A stretch of 63,976 nucleotides of DNA, counting the filler, from Octopus bimaculoides (Eukaryota), in the NCBI RefSeq assembly GCF_001194135.2. It is 7 parts of 7 records of this genome, joined end to end, with 100 filler letters (N's around TTAATTAATTAA, not from the genome) between each part and the next. Parts side by side here need not be neighbours in the genome. Positions count along the whole stretch, not along the records: positions 26,359 to 39,319 come from NC_068996.1; 6 more parts are not named here. One strand, written 5' to 3'. Positions 26,417 through 39,020 of this stretch are shown here, one piece after another. Position numbers and translations under genes: made by a program. The notes beneath the pieces are model-generated. The model did no database searches. It was given only the letters and a program-made list of their open reading frames with translations, and was not told the origin of the DNA. Every line of letters starts with the position of its first letter. Position 1 is the stretch's first letter.

Positions 26417-28382
26417 TGTACAGTATATATAGATATATACATATTATAGGGAAAATAAAGAATACGCACACCAGGTGTATAGGGTTAGGGGTTATGTCTA
26501 GGGTTTAGGATTACGGCGAAAACGGGTGGTATACGCATTCTTTACCTCCGCCCATGTTGTATATATATATATATATTTATATACATTATACAGACATATA
26601 AATAAATACGTAAAGCTTATATATCTATAAATATGTGCGTTTGTTTCGGTGTGTAAACATATTTGTATACACGTACATATATATATAGATACCGATGTAG
26701 GTACTCACACTATATTTACATGTGTAAGCGTTTCGATACACAAATGGACTAACGTACGAGTGTGAAAGCAGCGCGCGTAATTTTGAGTTCTTTATATTAA
26801 ATTCAGTATATATATATATGAGTGTGCGTGTGTGTAGAAGTATAACGAAATTTAAATGTAAACTGTAATAAAATCTCATAATAAACGGGATATAACTACA
26901 TTTGATCATAACAGGATGTATATAACGAATACTTACTGATGTTGTTATAAGATTAAAAAAATGATGAATATGAATAAAATGAAATGGCGGCAAGTTAACC
27001 CGGAAGTAGGTAGTTTTCCCCCTTTATAGGACTCTCTTATAATCCTCCTGTGTCCTGCGTTGTAAAATAAATATTATTGTTGTGTTTCTTTGTTTTTCTT
27101 GTAATTCTTTTTGTATAGTACAGAGACAACTGAGTAACGCCGTTAGTAGGAGAAGTTGGGAAGGTGAAAGAGGAGTTTGAAGTGTAGAATCAGAATAGAA
27201 CAGGGGACACTAAGAGAAGTGAAAGCACTTGTGAACATGACAGGATTTAATAAACAAGTAAAGGAAAGTAACATTTGAGAAATGAAATAATGAGAAAAGT
27301 GAAAAATGAAACAACCCGACACCAGTACATTATTTTATTGTATAGTTTGATGCAAGTTATTCTGCGACGCTCCTATCTTTTCAGATAGTTTATCTCTTCT
27401 TACACTATAATATATCCTTTAAAAAAAAACTAGCGTGTGGTTTCTCTTAGATTTAGGCAATATCTCTTTCGCAGAGGTGCCTTTATCTAATTCCTTTATC
27501 AGTTAATGTTGATTTCAAATTTTGGCACAAGACCAGCAATTTCGGGGAAAGGACATGTCGATTAAAGTGACCTTACTACTCTACTGTTACTATTTTATCG
27601 ATCCCGAAAGAATGAAAGGTATGATAGAAAGAAAGGTGGCGACCTGGCAGACTCATTAGTACACCGAGAAAAAATGTTAAGCGGTATTTTGTCCGGTTTT
27701 TTTTTTGGTTTTTTTTTCGTTCAGAGTTCAAATTCTGTTGGAGTTGACTTTGCCGTTCATCCATTNNNNNNNNNNNNNNNNNNNNNNNNNNNNNNNNNNN
27801 NNNNNNNNNNNNNNNNNNNNNNNNNNNNNNNNNNNNNNNNNNNNNNNNNNNNNNNNNNNNNNNNNNNNNNNNNNNNNNNNNNNNNNNNNNNNNNNNNNNN
27901 NNNNNNNNNNNNNNNNNNNNNNNNNNNNNNNNNNNNNNNNNNNNNNNNNNNNNNNNNNNNNNNNNNNNNNNNNNNNNNNNNNNNNNNNNNNNNNNNNNNN
28001 NNNNNNNNNNNNNNNNNNNNNNNNNNNNNNNNNNNNNNNNNNNNNNNNNNNNNNNNNNNNNNNNNNNNNNNNNNNNNNNNNNNNNNNNNNNNNNNNNNNN
28101 NNNNNNNNNNNNNNNNNNNNNNNNNNNNNNNNNNNNNNNNNNNNNNAAATTTTCTACAAACACCTTTCAGCTGATTTAGGTTACCGTTATATCGGAATTT
28201 AATGTGAAAAATAAGATTGTTGGTCACGCATACATATATACATATATATTACAATTTCTTTTTTTTTAATTTCAAGTTCCATTTTGGAGATGTGTATCAG
28301 TATATATGTGTGCAAGACCACCAGTTTTTTTTTTGGGGGGGGGGGCATATTAAATTCCGATATAATAGTAATTTATACCAGT

Positions 28383-29006
28383 GCTAAATCATCTGTTAAT
28401 TAGGTTGACGGAAACATATATACTAATAAAGAAGCAAGTCCGAAAATAGCCAAACTTTCGAGCTAATCTTAACTGACGAGGCAACGGAAATTGCTAAAAC
28501 TAAAGTCAGTATTAAGAATTCTCAATTGGCATTTTTCGGACGATTAAGGTCCCTGTTACGTATATGTTTACATCTATGTATATATTTACATCTATGATTA
28601 CAGCATTAGAGCATTTTAGCTCTTATTTCTAGCAGTATAAGTGTTTCTAACACCCTAGTCACATTTAGTGACAATTATAATTCACCTTTTTGGTGAAACA
28701 TTGCAAACTGCTGTTTATATTAATTTTTTGTACACACATTAACAAATCGCTAAATCATCCATTAATTTGGATGACAAAACATATATATTAATAGAGGAGC
28801 AAGTATGAAAATAGCCAAATTTTCGAGGCAATGGAAATTGCTGAAACTGGTGTCAATATAAAGAATTCTCAATTGGCATTTTTCGAATGATTAAGGTCCC
28901 TCTTAGTGTATATGAGCGTTGAATACAACATTAGAGCATTTTAGCTCTTATTTCTAGTAATGTAGGTGTTTATAACACCCTAGTCACATTTAACGACAAT
29001 TATAAT
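28383..29006 (+). repeat. Tandem 366-bp-period repeat, each unit with part of a type I hammerhead
   Basis: gctaaatcatc at 28383 and 28749; the units align over about 260-300 bp to gacaattataat. Confidence 0.85.
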
Positions 29007-29893
29007 ATATATATTTTACATACATATATATAACAAATGGTAGATTCAGAAAATGGAATATGTGAAAATCTTTATTGCTCATAACAATTATTTGGACCCA
29101 TCCTGCATCGATCCCTCGCAACTGGGATATCATGCAAGTGGTATTGGTGCATCACTCAGTGTAGACGTTTCATATCAGGTGATGTTATAAAGGGCATCTC
29201 ATTAAATCAACCCTGTTTTGCTCAGTTTTAATACAGTATGTTGTTAGTGGCTGTATGTTTAATCCGATGGACAGATATATTCCATTTTCCATCTATATCA
29301 TTTGTTATGCTTGTCATCGCATTACTTAGCCTGTTGGTAATACTTTTACGTGATTAAAGAAAAAGACGGAGAGGGAAGCATCCATGACATAAGATAGAGC
29401 GAATATAATTGTAATGCTTTTCACATGATTAGTTGAAGGAAAAGAGAGGAAAAAGAAAAGGGAAAGAGAAAAAGTGGGTAAGACAAAGAGTGAGACAGAA
29501 AGAGAGATAAAGATGGAGAGAGAAGCATCATGATATGAGATAGGATGAACGTCATAATTTTAGCAGAGAGATGATGTTCTGATGGTGAAGTTAAAGAAAG
29601 GCACACAGATGTATGTGGTTGTAATGGTGGTGATAAGATAGTGAAAAGTGTATTTTTTTAAATTGAACTAAGTTTTTTATATCACCTGTCACTTAACACA
29701 TGCACAAAGTGCAATTCCGTGAAATATTCACGCTTGTTTACATGGCAGATATATGCAATTTAACTAAAGGTTGTATCATATGTATGGGATATTTTTTTTT
29801 TGTTTATGGGGAAAATAGAAATATGAGTGCTGTGTATTAAGTCTATAAAATTGTGCCTAAAGTGTATATATAAAGTGCATTAAGTAATCATTG

Positions 29894-30903
29894 TGTAGTG
29901 AAACCTCTCTCTCGGGTATTTATTTACAAATGCGAATGTAGCAGGTATCATCTAGCCTTCAGCTTGCCTTGGACCCTGCTGTGTCCATCACCCTGATTGG
30001 CTCTTATTTGCGCAACATTTGTCTCCAGTTTTGTTTCGCGCCAGGGTGAACATCAACCAATTGTGACCTGATAAGGTCACGTGAGAGAGTGTTTTTCTGC
30101 TGTTTCTGGAGCCCCTTTTTCTCCATAAATAAGCCTACTTTATCCACGCCAGTTTGTTGCGATTTTTTTTTCAGACCTTTTCAGGTCTGGTCATAGATCA
30201 CACACAGATCTATGACCAGCCAGTTTCCAGTGATAATGTCAACACCACCGTTCTACTGTCTTCTACAGTCTCGTCGCCAGCGCCAACATGATGCCACTAG
30301 TTCATACTACCAACTACAACTGCGGTTCCATCTCAACACTTTGTGTGGATTGTTTCCACCTTGAAAGAACAGTCAGAACAACCTGCGAGAATCTTCTGTA
30401 TTCAAGTAACCGGCTTGGTATAGAAGCCTCATCTTCACGACACGTGACTTAGCTCTGCCTAGAACCACAACCTCTTATGTACAGACATTCTATCTACTGT
30501 GGGACTCAACTATGAACTGGTATTTTCCTATCTTTGTGTTCAGGACGCTTATCATCTATGTTACAGACTCTTATTCCATGCTCTGTATTGCTCATTCACT
30601 CACACACACATATTTATGTGTACATACTCTTGTTTACACGACGGCCCATCATACATATTGTATTATTTATATTGCTGCATGCATGCACACACAGACACAC
30701 AGTTGACCGCTAATAAACTTATTCTATATATATATATATCTAACGGTTGTGTCTCTCTCTCTTTCCTTGCTGGCATTTCCTCGCATCTCACATGTGAGCC
30801 CTCTTATGTTATATAATATGTTTTGTATCGACTGTGCAACGCATTAAAAGGAGCCTGTTTCCATTCATCGCCATTCTCCTTTGGTTCACAGTCATTCTCT
30901 ACA
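29894..30903 (+). mobile_element. Solo LTR (Gypsy-like), 1010 bp
   Basis: Termini TGTAGTGAA...TTCTCTACA (8 of 9 inverted), exact 4-bp TSD ATTG (29890-93, 30904-07), ATTAAA about 55 bp before the end. Confidence 0.75.
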
Positions 30904-31228
30904 ATTGTATTCCAATTTCTTTCACGTTTCAATAAGTAACAGATGAGTGACTCACTTTTGATACAGACATAATACAGGCTATGATTTCAGGGTTTTTGGA
31001 TAACGTTTTCAGAAATAACCCAACAGGTTTACCATTAATTCCATAAAATATTCACAGGTCCTGCTAGTCTATATCATTTGTTATAAACTCAACAAACACT
31101 GATGAATTTCTGAGGTAGATTCAGCAACAATAGTGTAAATGCTGTGCATGATTGTCAGGTATCATAGTCAGGTAGTCATAGTCATATGCAGCACTGGCTA
31201 ACTATTAGGAACACACCCAATACTTAAA

Positions 31229-31269
<41 letters not shown>

Positions 31270-31727
31270 CTAGAATTCAAGGCAGTACTCCTGCATGGCC
31301 TCAGTCTAATGACTGAAACAAGTTATGTACATATATACATATTTATATATATACTTTGTCAACCAAGCATGGACTTCTTCATAATGCCAAAGTAGTATTA
31401 ATATAATCCCTGGTTACATATATATTGTGCAACAGTAATCGTTTTGATAGCCCTTAATCATTGGCTTAGTTATTATTTTTATGCATATGTTTTACACTTA
31501 GGCATTTGAACATTTAATTCTTTCAAATTAAGAAGTTTTGCACCCCAAAATGTTTTCATATTGATAAAGATCTATATAATGATCTTTTGTAGATATTAAA
31601 AATTTAGGAGAATATGATTATTGTAAACTAAGTACAACTGAATGCTTTGCTCAGTGCAGACTTTATAAAAATACATTGACAAGCAAAGAAAATATGTCTC
31701 TTGAATAAAATGATTTTGTGAAATGTA

Positions 31728-33008
31728 TCAGGTTGAGTAAAAAGTAAGTAATATTTTGAACCATGAAGAATTTGTACCTGATTTTTGCAGAGTTTTGAAT
31801 TTTTTAAAACATTTTTTACAGTTGTCTGATCATGCTAACATAGACTTGCCCAAATGCATCAATAAATTAACATTGATATTTTTTTCACCATTGTTACGAC
31901 CATCTGAAATGGAACTATCAAAGCACAATATTCGAGCAATTTTGCTATTCAACTTCAAAAAAAGGACATAAAGCAGCTGAAACTGCTTGTGATATCAACA
32001 AAATGTTTAGTGAGGAAATGACCAATGAGTGATCAGCTCGAAAATGGTTTAAATGATTTCGCAGTGGAGACCTGAGCCTTGAAGACCATGAGCATAGTGG
32101 ACGCACTTCTGTCATTGATGATGGTCAGTTAAAGTCTGTCATTGAGAAAGATCCACACAAAACCACTTGAGAACTGGCAAAAGAACTTCAAGTTGGCCAG
32201 AAAACTGCCTGCAACCATTTGCATGTGATGAGAAAATCAAAAAGCTTGACAAATGGGTTCCACACGATTTGAGTGAAAATCAGAAAATGTGTAGATATGA
32301 AATTTGCTCATTGCTTCTTCTCCATAACCAGACTGATCCATTTCTCAACTGTATTGTAACTTGTGAGGAAAAGTGGATTCTGTACAATAATAAAAAAACA
32401 TTCTTCACAGTGGTTGGACCAAAATGAAGCACTGAAAACCTTCCCTAAACCCGAGCTCTTCAAAACAAAGGTCATGGTGACTGTTTGGTGGTGTACTGGA
32501 CTCATCCACTATAACTTCTTAAAACCTAGAAAAACCATTACTGCAGAAACATATTGCTATGAAATTGCCAAAATGGACAAAAAAACTGCTACTCTTCTGT
32601 TGCAGACTGGTCAACAGAAGAGGGCCAATTATTCTTCATGACAATGCTCGACCACATTTCACTAATGATGCTCCAGAAATTGAGGGAACTTGGCTATGAA
32701 CTTCTTTCCAACCCAGCTTATTCCCCAGACCTTTCTCCTACTGATTACCACTTTTTCAAGCTCGTTGATGGTTTCCTGTAAGAGAAGGAGTTCAAAAATC
32801 AAACCGATGCTGAAAGCGCATTCAAAGAGTTCATCTGCTTTAGAACTCCAGTTTTTTATGCTACCAGAATAAACAAACTTGTAACTCATTGGCAAAAATG
32901 TGTCAAATATAATGGTACTTACTTTCATGAATAAAATTTCTGCATTGTTGAAAGATATTGTGATGAATTTCATGTTTCAAAATGTTGCTCACTTTTTACA
33001 CAGCCTGA
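31728..33008 (+). mobile_element. Full-length decayed mariner (Hsmar1/SETMAR-like transposase pseudogene from 31909)
   Basis: About 45-bp TIRs (tcaggttgagtaaaaagtaag.../...ctcactttttacacagcctga) with TA at both ends; KLDKWVPH, IVTCEEKWILY, LHDNARPH and YSPDLSPTDYHFF motifs; many stops and frameshifts. Confidence 0.95.
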
Positions 33009-33559
33009 TAAAAGGAAATTCATCTTAATTTTTCTACACTAAGATCAATCTTTAGAATCTTTTTTGATTGAATGCCTAGTAGTGAGTAGATTGGAAAGAT
33101 TGGTGATGTTGAAAGGTCATATCTTAATTCAGTTCATTATATATATATATATATATATNNNNNNNNNNNNNNNNNNNNNNNNNNNNNNNNNNNNNNNNNN
33201 NNNNNNNNNNNNNNNNNNNNNNNNNNNNNNNNNNNNNNNNNNNNNNNNNNNNNNNNNNNNNNNTATACATATATACATTTTATATATATATAATAAAAAA
33301 AATTTTAAAAAAAGTCGAAAATGGGTGTGTAAACAACAAACAGATGCATTAGTTTGACGCTTGGGAAGTAAGGTTAGTAGAGTTAGTGGTTGGAATGACC
33401 ATCTAAGGGATAAGAATATCCATTATACTACTGGTATAAATTACTTGTTAACCCTGATAAACTCTTGTCTATATACAGAAATTGAGGGAACTCAATTATA
33501 TATATATGAAGTAATGTTTTATGATTATTCTTTGTTATACCAGTTCTTAATTGAAGCAA

Positions 33560-34690
33560 TGGATGTGACTTCTCAAGTACTGCATATCTCTAATCATCCT
33601 GGTCTTCTCTGTAAGGTTCAAAGTCTTGAAATCAGATTTCACAACTTCATCTATATCTTTCTGTCTCTACTTTTTCCACTAATTCCATCCACATCGATTG
33701 TCACTCCTTTATGCAGCTTTATATATATTCTCATATATATGCATCATATGCCTATCCTAATGCAGTTTTTTTTCTTACACACTACATCTGATTCCTCTTA
33801 CATTCAATTTTTCACTCAACAGATTTAAACTTTGTTATTCAAGTACACTTATATTGCACATTCAACAGAGTATACTAGCTTTGTTCTTTTTCTAGCTTCC
33901 ACATGTACTTTGCATTCAGACCCATCTCTCTCTACAATGTAGATTTTTATCTGCCTTTCATTGGGGGACAAACCTTTTGTTACCAACAGAGATAAAAGCT
34001 CTCTGAACTTTCTCTATCTGTTTCGTATTCTAGCAACTATACTCCCAGAACATCCTCCTCTACTGCTAATTAAGTAACCCAGATAACAGAGACTATCTTC
34101 TACCTCTAAAGTTCCTCTTGGCCATTCCAGAAAACCTATTTCTCATGTGCTCTAAGTGTTTATAGCTCATGTGCATCTGCTACATGCAATGTCTAGTTTC
34201 TCTGTCAACCTTCTTCTTGTGATACCGTAGCACCTTTTATGTGTCCATAGTTTGTATGGTATTTCTACCTACTCCTTCTCTACATATTGAGCAAGGTCAC
34301 TCCTCTAATGGAAGTAGAGATCTGCCTGTTTCCTTTCTTACAAGAGCTTTTGTTCTTATGAAGTTAATGTTGAGATCCTTTGCTCCCACATTTTGCTTCC
34401 ATACTTGGAATTTCTTTTCTAATTTTACTACAGATTTAGCTATAATAATAAAGCTATCAGTATAAATGAGTTTCCATAGACAACCAGTCTTAAACTTTTC
34501 TGTTATGGAAGAAAGGGACTAAGAAATGAGCCCTGGTGAACTACTTGTGCACTAAATTCATAGGTATACTCATTGTTAATTCTCACCTTCCTGACAGCAT
34601 CTCTGTACATGGCTTTTATGGCTCTCACAAGCCATTTGTCCTTATAAACAGTCAATGTCAAACTGACTATCAAGTAATTCAGTTTCAAAT
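33560..34690 (-). mobile_element. RTE-clade LINE, decayed RT with Cys-rich PHD-like insert
   Basis: WLVRAIKAMYRDAVRKVRI..VHQGSFLSP; LEKKFQVWKQ; PCSICREGVGRN..WTHKRC; ORF end RYAVLEK. Confidence 0.8.
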
Positions 34691-35212
34691 CTGCTACAAG
34701 ACCAAAAGATTTAATGCTACAGGGTTTTTGCTAGTTAATCACAGAATAAATTATAAGAAAGATGCTTTAACAGATTTTTGAATAGTGATGGTATTTAGTT
34801 TTGTAGATCAGAGGAGCAGAATATAAAATTGGGTAAGATAGAGAAAGAAGAGCAAATTGATTTTTTAAAATATTGACTAAAATGTTTATGTATGAAGCAT
34901 CAGTACCATCCTAGATATGTAAAATACAGATTTTTCTATATTACATATTCATGCTAGATGTAATTGTGGGTTTACTAATAAACAATGCTATGATTTTGCT
35001 TTTGGTAAATTTCTTAAATGCAAGAGACTACTAGTAAGGCTTATAAAAGAGCAGGTTATTGGAGGACCTGGCTTTCCAACTGCTGTACTTTTTGTCACTA
35101 AGTAGTAAAAGGCACTAAAAATGATAAAGTTGACTATTAGCAACTGTCTCTATCATATTGGTTTCAAATTTTGGTACAAGCCCAGCTGTCTCTGTCATAC
35201 TGGAAGTGAATA

Positions 35213-35718
35213 CAGTAATCCCTCGACTATTGTGGGTGCTACATTCTAATAGGTGAAAATCTACAAAGTAGAAATAGTATTGTACTGTATATTTTTTGAA
35301 GGTTCAGAACGTTTGGGCAACACTGTTGGGCTTGAAATAAATTCACAATTTTACACACAAATGCAAAACAACACTACACACTCACCACCTGAATTTTGTT
35401 TTCCATCCAGTATGTGCGATTCTTTAATTTTGTTAACTTATCTACTGGACACTATGTATTTTCTTTTAATATATTTTAATTAATGTGTTATACAATACAG
35501 AACTGTACTGTATTTTTTATTTATTAATTCTTGGGCATGAAAATGCTTATTTCATCACAGAAATAATTAAAATCTAAAAAAATATAAATACCTATTTATC
35601 TGTAGAAACCTGCAATATACTGAGGAGTCCATGCTATAAATTTACATATATTAACCAGAAACATCTGCAATGTACTGAGGACACAATAGCTGAACCGTGA
35701 CATGGCAAGTGATTACTG
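35213..35718. mobile_element. pogo/Tigger-like non-autonomous element (MITE)
   Basis: TA|cagtaatccctcgacta... and ...ggcaagtgattactg|TA inverted termini. Confidence 0.7.
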
Positions 35719-35809
35719 TAATACAGATATAGTTCAAATCTTTGAGAGGTTGCCTGTACTGCATGCTGAGATAGATATCTATAGAAAGAGATGATCAATA
35801 AGATTTGAT

Positions 35810-36640
35810 GAGAATCTCACCAATTGAAAAATGTCTAGTTGTGTGAAGTCTGATGAATGCAAAAGGTATTATATTAATTTTCTTCATTCAATCCACCTGT
35901 TTCACAAAATCTTATCAAGGTCGGCCCTTACATTAAGGTAAGTGAGGGGGTGCTCCATCTTACTGGAAATAAAACTCCATGGCTTCAAAGTCTTCTTGAA
36001 TGCTTGGCATGACAATTTGTTGCTGCAAGTTTAAATAAATGGGATCAGTCACTGCCAAAAAGAATGGCCCAATTAATTGATACTTAGCTGCACTATACTG
36101 AGACTCCAGATAAATTAACATGATATTCCTCCATAATACACAGATTCTGAGGTTCCTAGTAGGTGCAATTGAGCCATCTAATTTAAATATAGTCTCAACA
36201 CTCCAATCAATCTTTGCTAGTGTGCATCTGCTACACATCTTGCTAAATACCACTTGCAAAACGCTGTTCTTTGATCCTAATTATCTTCGTTGGGAGCAAG
36301 GACTATTCTTTAGATGCAACTTTTCTGATGGTAGCAATATGTAATGGATTCTTGATTTTGAAATTCATATCTCACAATTTGCTGTACAGATTTTGTTAAA
36401 CTCTTGACAATATGTCTACTGCTCCCTTTCTTGCTTTGTGAGACTTATCACTATCCACAGTCTTCCAGAACATTTCTTGTGGACATTCTGAACAGCTCCA
36501 TCAATTTCAAACTTAACTCTAATTCGAGGTCATGTAGGTGGGTCTGTTTGAAACTTTCTCCTAAGCTGTTTTGTACTTCAATTGTATTTTCAAACTTCCA
36601 GTAATCTTATTCTGGCTTCCTGCATTATTTCTAACAAGTT
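35810..36640 (-). mobile_element. Decayed Tc1/mariner-superfamily transposase (DUF4817-type N-terminus)
   Basis: LRRKFQTDPPT, KFEIDGAVQNVHK, IGPFF, FYFQ*DGAPPH and SSDFTQLD motifs with many stops. Confidence 0.75.
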
Positions 36641-36906
36641 AAATTTAAAAAGAAATGTGTTATCACCTGGGGATATGCAGTATAAAAGAGAATATTGTTG
36701 TTTTTTTTAACTAAAATCAGTATGTATTTTTTTAAACAAATTAGTGTACAGATAATAGTCTGTAGTTTACAAGCTGATTCCCTCATTTATTCAAAAACTT
36801 GTTTTTAATATTGTCATAACTTGGTACAATGCTGAATATAAACATAAAAAAGATCAATTGCCTGAATTTTAACAGAGAATGCTAAGCCCTGTCCAGTTGA
36901 TTACAA

Positions 36907-37630
36907 ATGAGGGTAGGTTGAAAAGTTCATAGGCTGACTATGAAGGAATATTGCTAGAGCTGTGAAATCTTGCATGCATTAATTTCAACCCTTCTAATTA
37001 ATAACTGCATTGTTTCTTTCAAGGTAAACTGATATCTGACTCGTCAAAGAAGACTTCAAAAGTAACTAGTAGTGACTTTTCTTGAAAATGGACAAAATTT
37101 GGCATCATGGTGTTATCAAATACTTGCAGAAAAGGGTTTAACCCCCAAGGACATTCCTGCTGTCAAGGTTACTACATTATCAACAGAGAAAAAGTGGGCA
37201 GTTGAATTTAGCTACACATTTTTGCTCTGTTGATAAAGCTGGAGTATCATCTCCTAATGTAGTAACCTTGACAGCAGGAATGTCCTTGGGAGTTAAACCC
37301 TTTTCTGCAAGTATTTGATAACACCATGATGCCAAATTTTGTCCATTTTCAAGAAAAGTCACTACTAGTTACTTTTGAAGTCTTCTTTGACGAGTCAGAT
37401 ATCAGTTTGCCTTGAAAGAAATCAACTGAATTTAGGTTAAAATCAACTGAATTTAGGAGGGGAAGGAGGTCTAGAAGATGACCCAAGGTCTGGACATCCT
37501 GCAACTACCATCCCTGATGAAAACATTGATTATGTTCACCACACGGTGATGAATGACAGGCAATTGACTATAAATCAAATTGCCAATGTTATTAGCATAT
37601 CCCATGAGAAAGTTGAAAATATTCTGCACA
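36907..37630 (+). mobile_element. 5' half of a mariner of the 43274 family, carrying an internal fold-back duplication
   Basis: TIR gagggtaggttgaaaagttcataggctg and body align to 43274-43790. Confidence 0.9.
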
Positions 37631-38526
37631 ATGATTTATTTTTGGAGCAACTGTACCCAAATCATTAATGTTCTTGAAAAATACTTTCACATGACAAATT
37701 CCCATTTTCTCTCCTCTCTAAAAATAAAGAAAATTCAATACTGGTATCTTATGAACAATATATTTTTAACTAATTTTGTTATGCAGGTGAAATTACTTCT
37801 TTTTACATGTTAAACGCTTTTGATAAAGGCCATAATGTCATAATTTATTGTCTTTTCTACATATATATATCATAGGTGAAATTTTTATATAAGAAACCTC
37901 TTTAAGTTTAGACTGGCTCAAGCCTAAATTTATAACTAAAATTCAAGGGAGTTAACTCACTTTGACATATTTTACCAAAAATAGCAATTTCTTTCAAATT
38001 CAATTTTTTTACATTTAATAAAACACAAAAGGGTTTCAAATCTGGTCATGCTGGTAGAGGGAAACAAAAACAACCGATGGACTTTTCAAAATATTACCAA
38101 TCACATAATGTTTATAAAAAAATATATATATTCTTTAATTTTTTCCTTTTATGTGTCAATCCATTTTTTTTTCCAAATAAAGGTTTAATTTATTTCACAC
38201 ATTTCCAAAACAGTACGTTATAAAGTTGTTGACAACCCCGATTTCCACGATTTTTCTTAGAAATGTAAACAAACATGCCTGCACATAATACTAATTAAAA
38301 ATAAAAATTTTAAAAGTAAAGTAAAAATAGTTTTGCCAAAAATAAAACAAAGAAAATATTAGATTACTTAAATAGGCTTAAATGTTACTATAGTCAAACA
38401 TTTAATTTAACCTACTTTCTTTACATTTGTAAAAAGATTTAACTACTAATGTTAGAAAATATTATAGCAGTTATCACTTTATTTTCATGTATTAAAATAA
38501 TTTAAATTCATGGAAGCAATGACCAG

Positions 38527-39020
38527 TGACCGAGACCTTTGGCAATATGCTGTGCTTGAGAAGACCCATCAAGCCAAGTGAAATAGTCATGGCCAATGCC
38601 GGTGTCACGTAACTGGTACCCATGCCAGTGGCACGTAAAAAGCATCTTTTGAGCATTGGGCCTCACAGAAGCAAGGTGGTTGATGCCTGTGGCATGTGAA
38701 AAGCACCGTTTGAGTTTTGGGCTTCGTGGAGGTAATGATAAATGACTGAGACCTTTGGCATTATGTTATACTTCAAAAGAAGACCCATCAAGCCAAGTAA
38801 AATCGTAGTTGTGCAGATATTGGTGTTACACAAATGGCACCCATGCTGGTGACATGTAAATGCATCCACCACACTGAGTGGTTGGCGTTAGGAAGGGCAT
38901 CCAGCTATAGAAATCATGCCAAATCAGACGAGAGTCTGGTGCAGCTTGCCAGCCCTCGTCAGACCATCCAACCCATGCTAGCATGGACAATGGACATTAA
39001 ATGATGATGATGATGATGAT
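38527..39020 (+). mobile_element. RTE LINE 3' UTR with internal ~216-bp tandem duplication and (GAT)n tail
   Basis: tgaccgagacctttggc..gaagacccatcaagccaag at 38527 and 38743; tggttggcgttaggaagggcatccagc motif; ORF end shared with the 33560 copy. Confidence 0.75.

Noticed and set aside
29237-29357. Short hydrophobic ORF MLLVAVCLIRW...LLVILLRD
   Set aside because: Hydrophobicity is explained by T-richness; no family resemblance or support.
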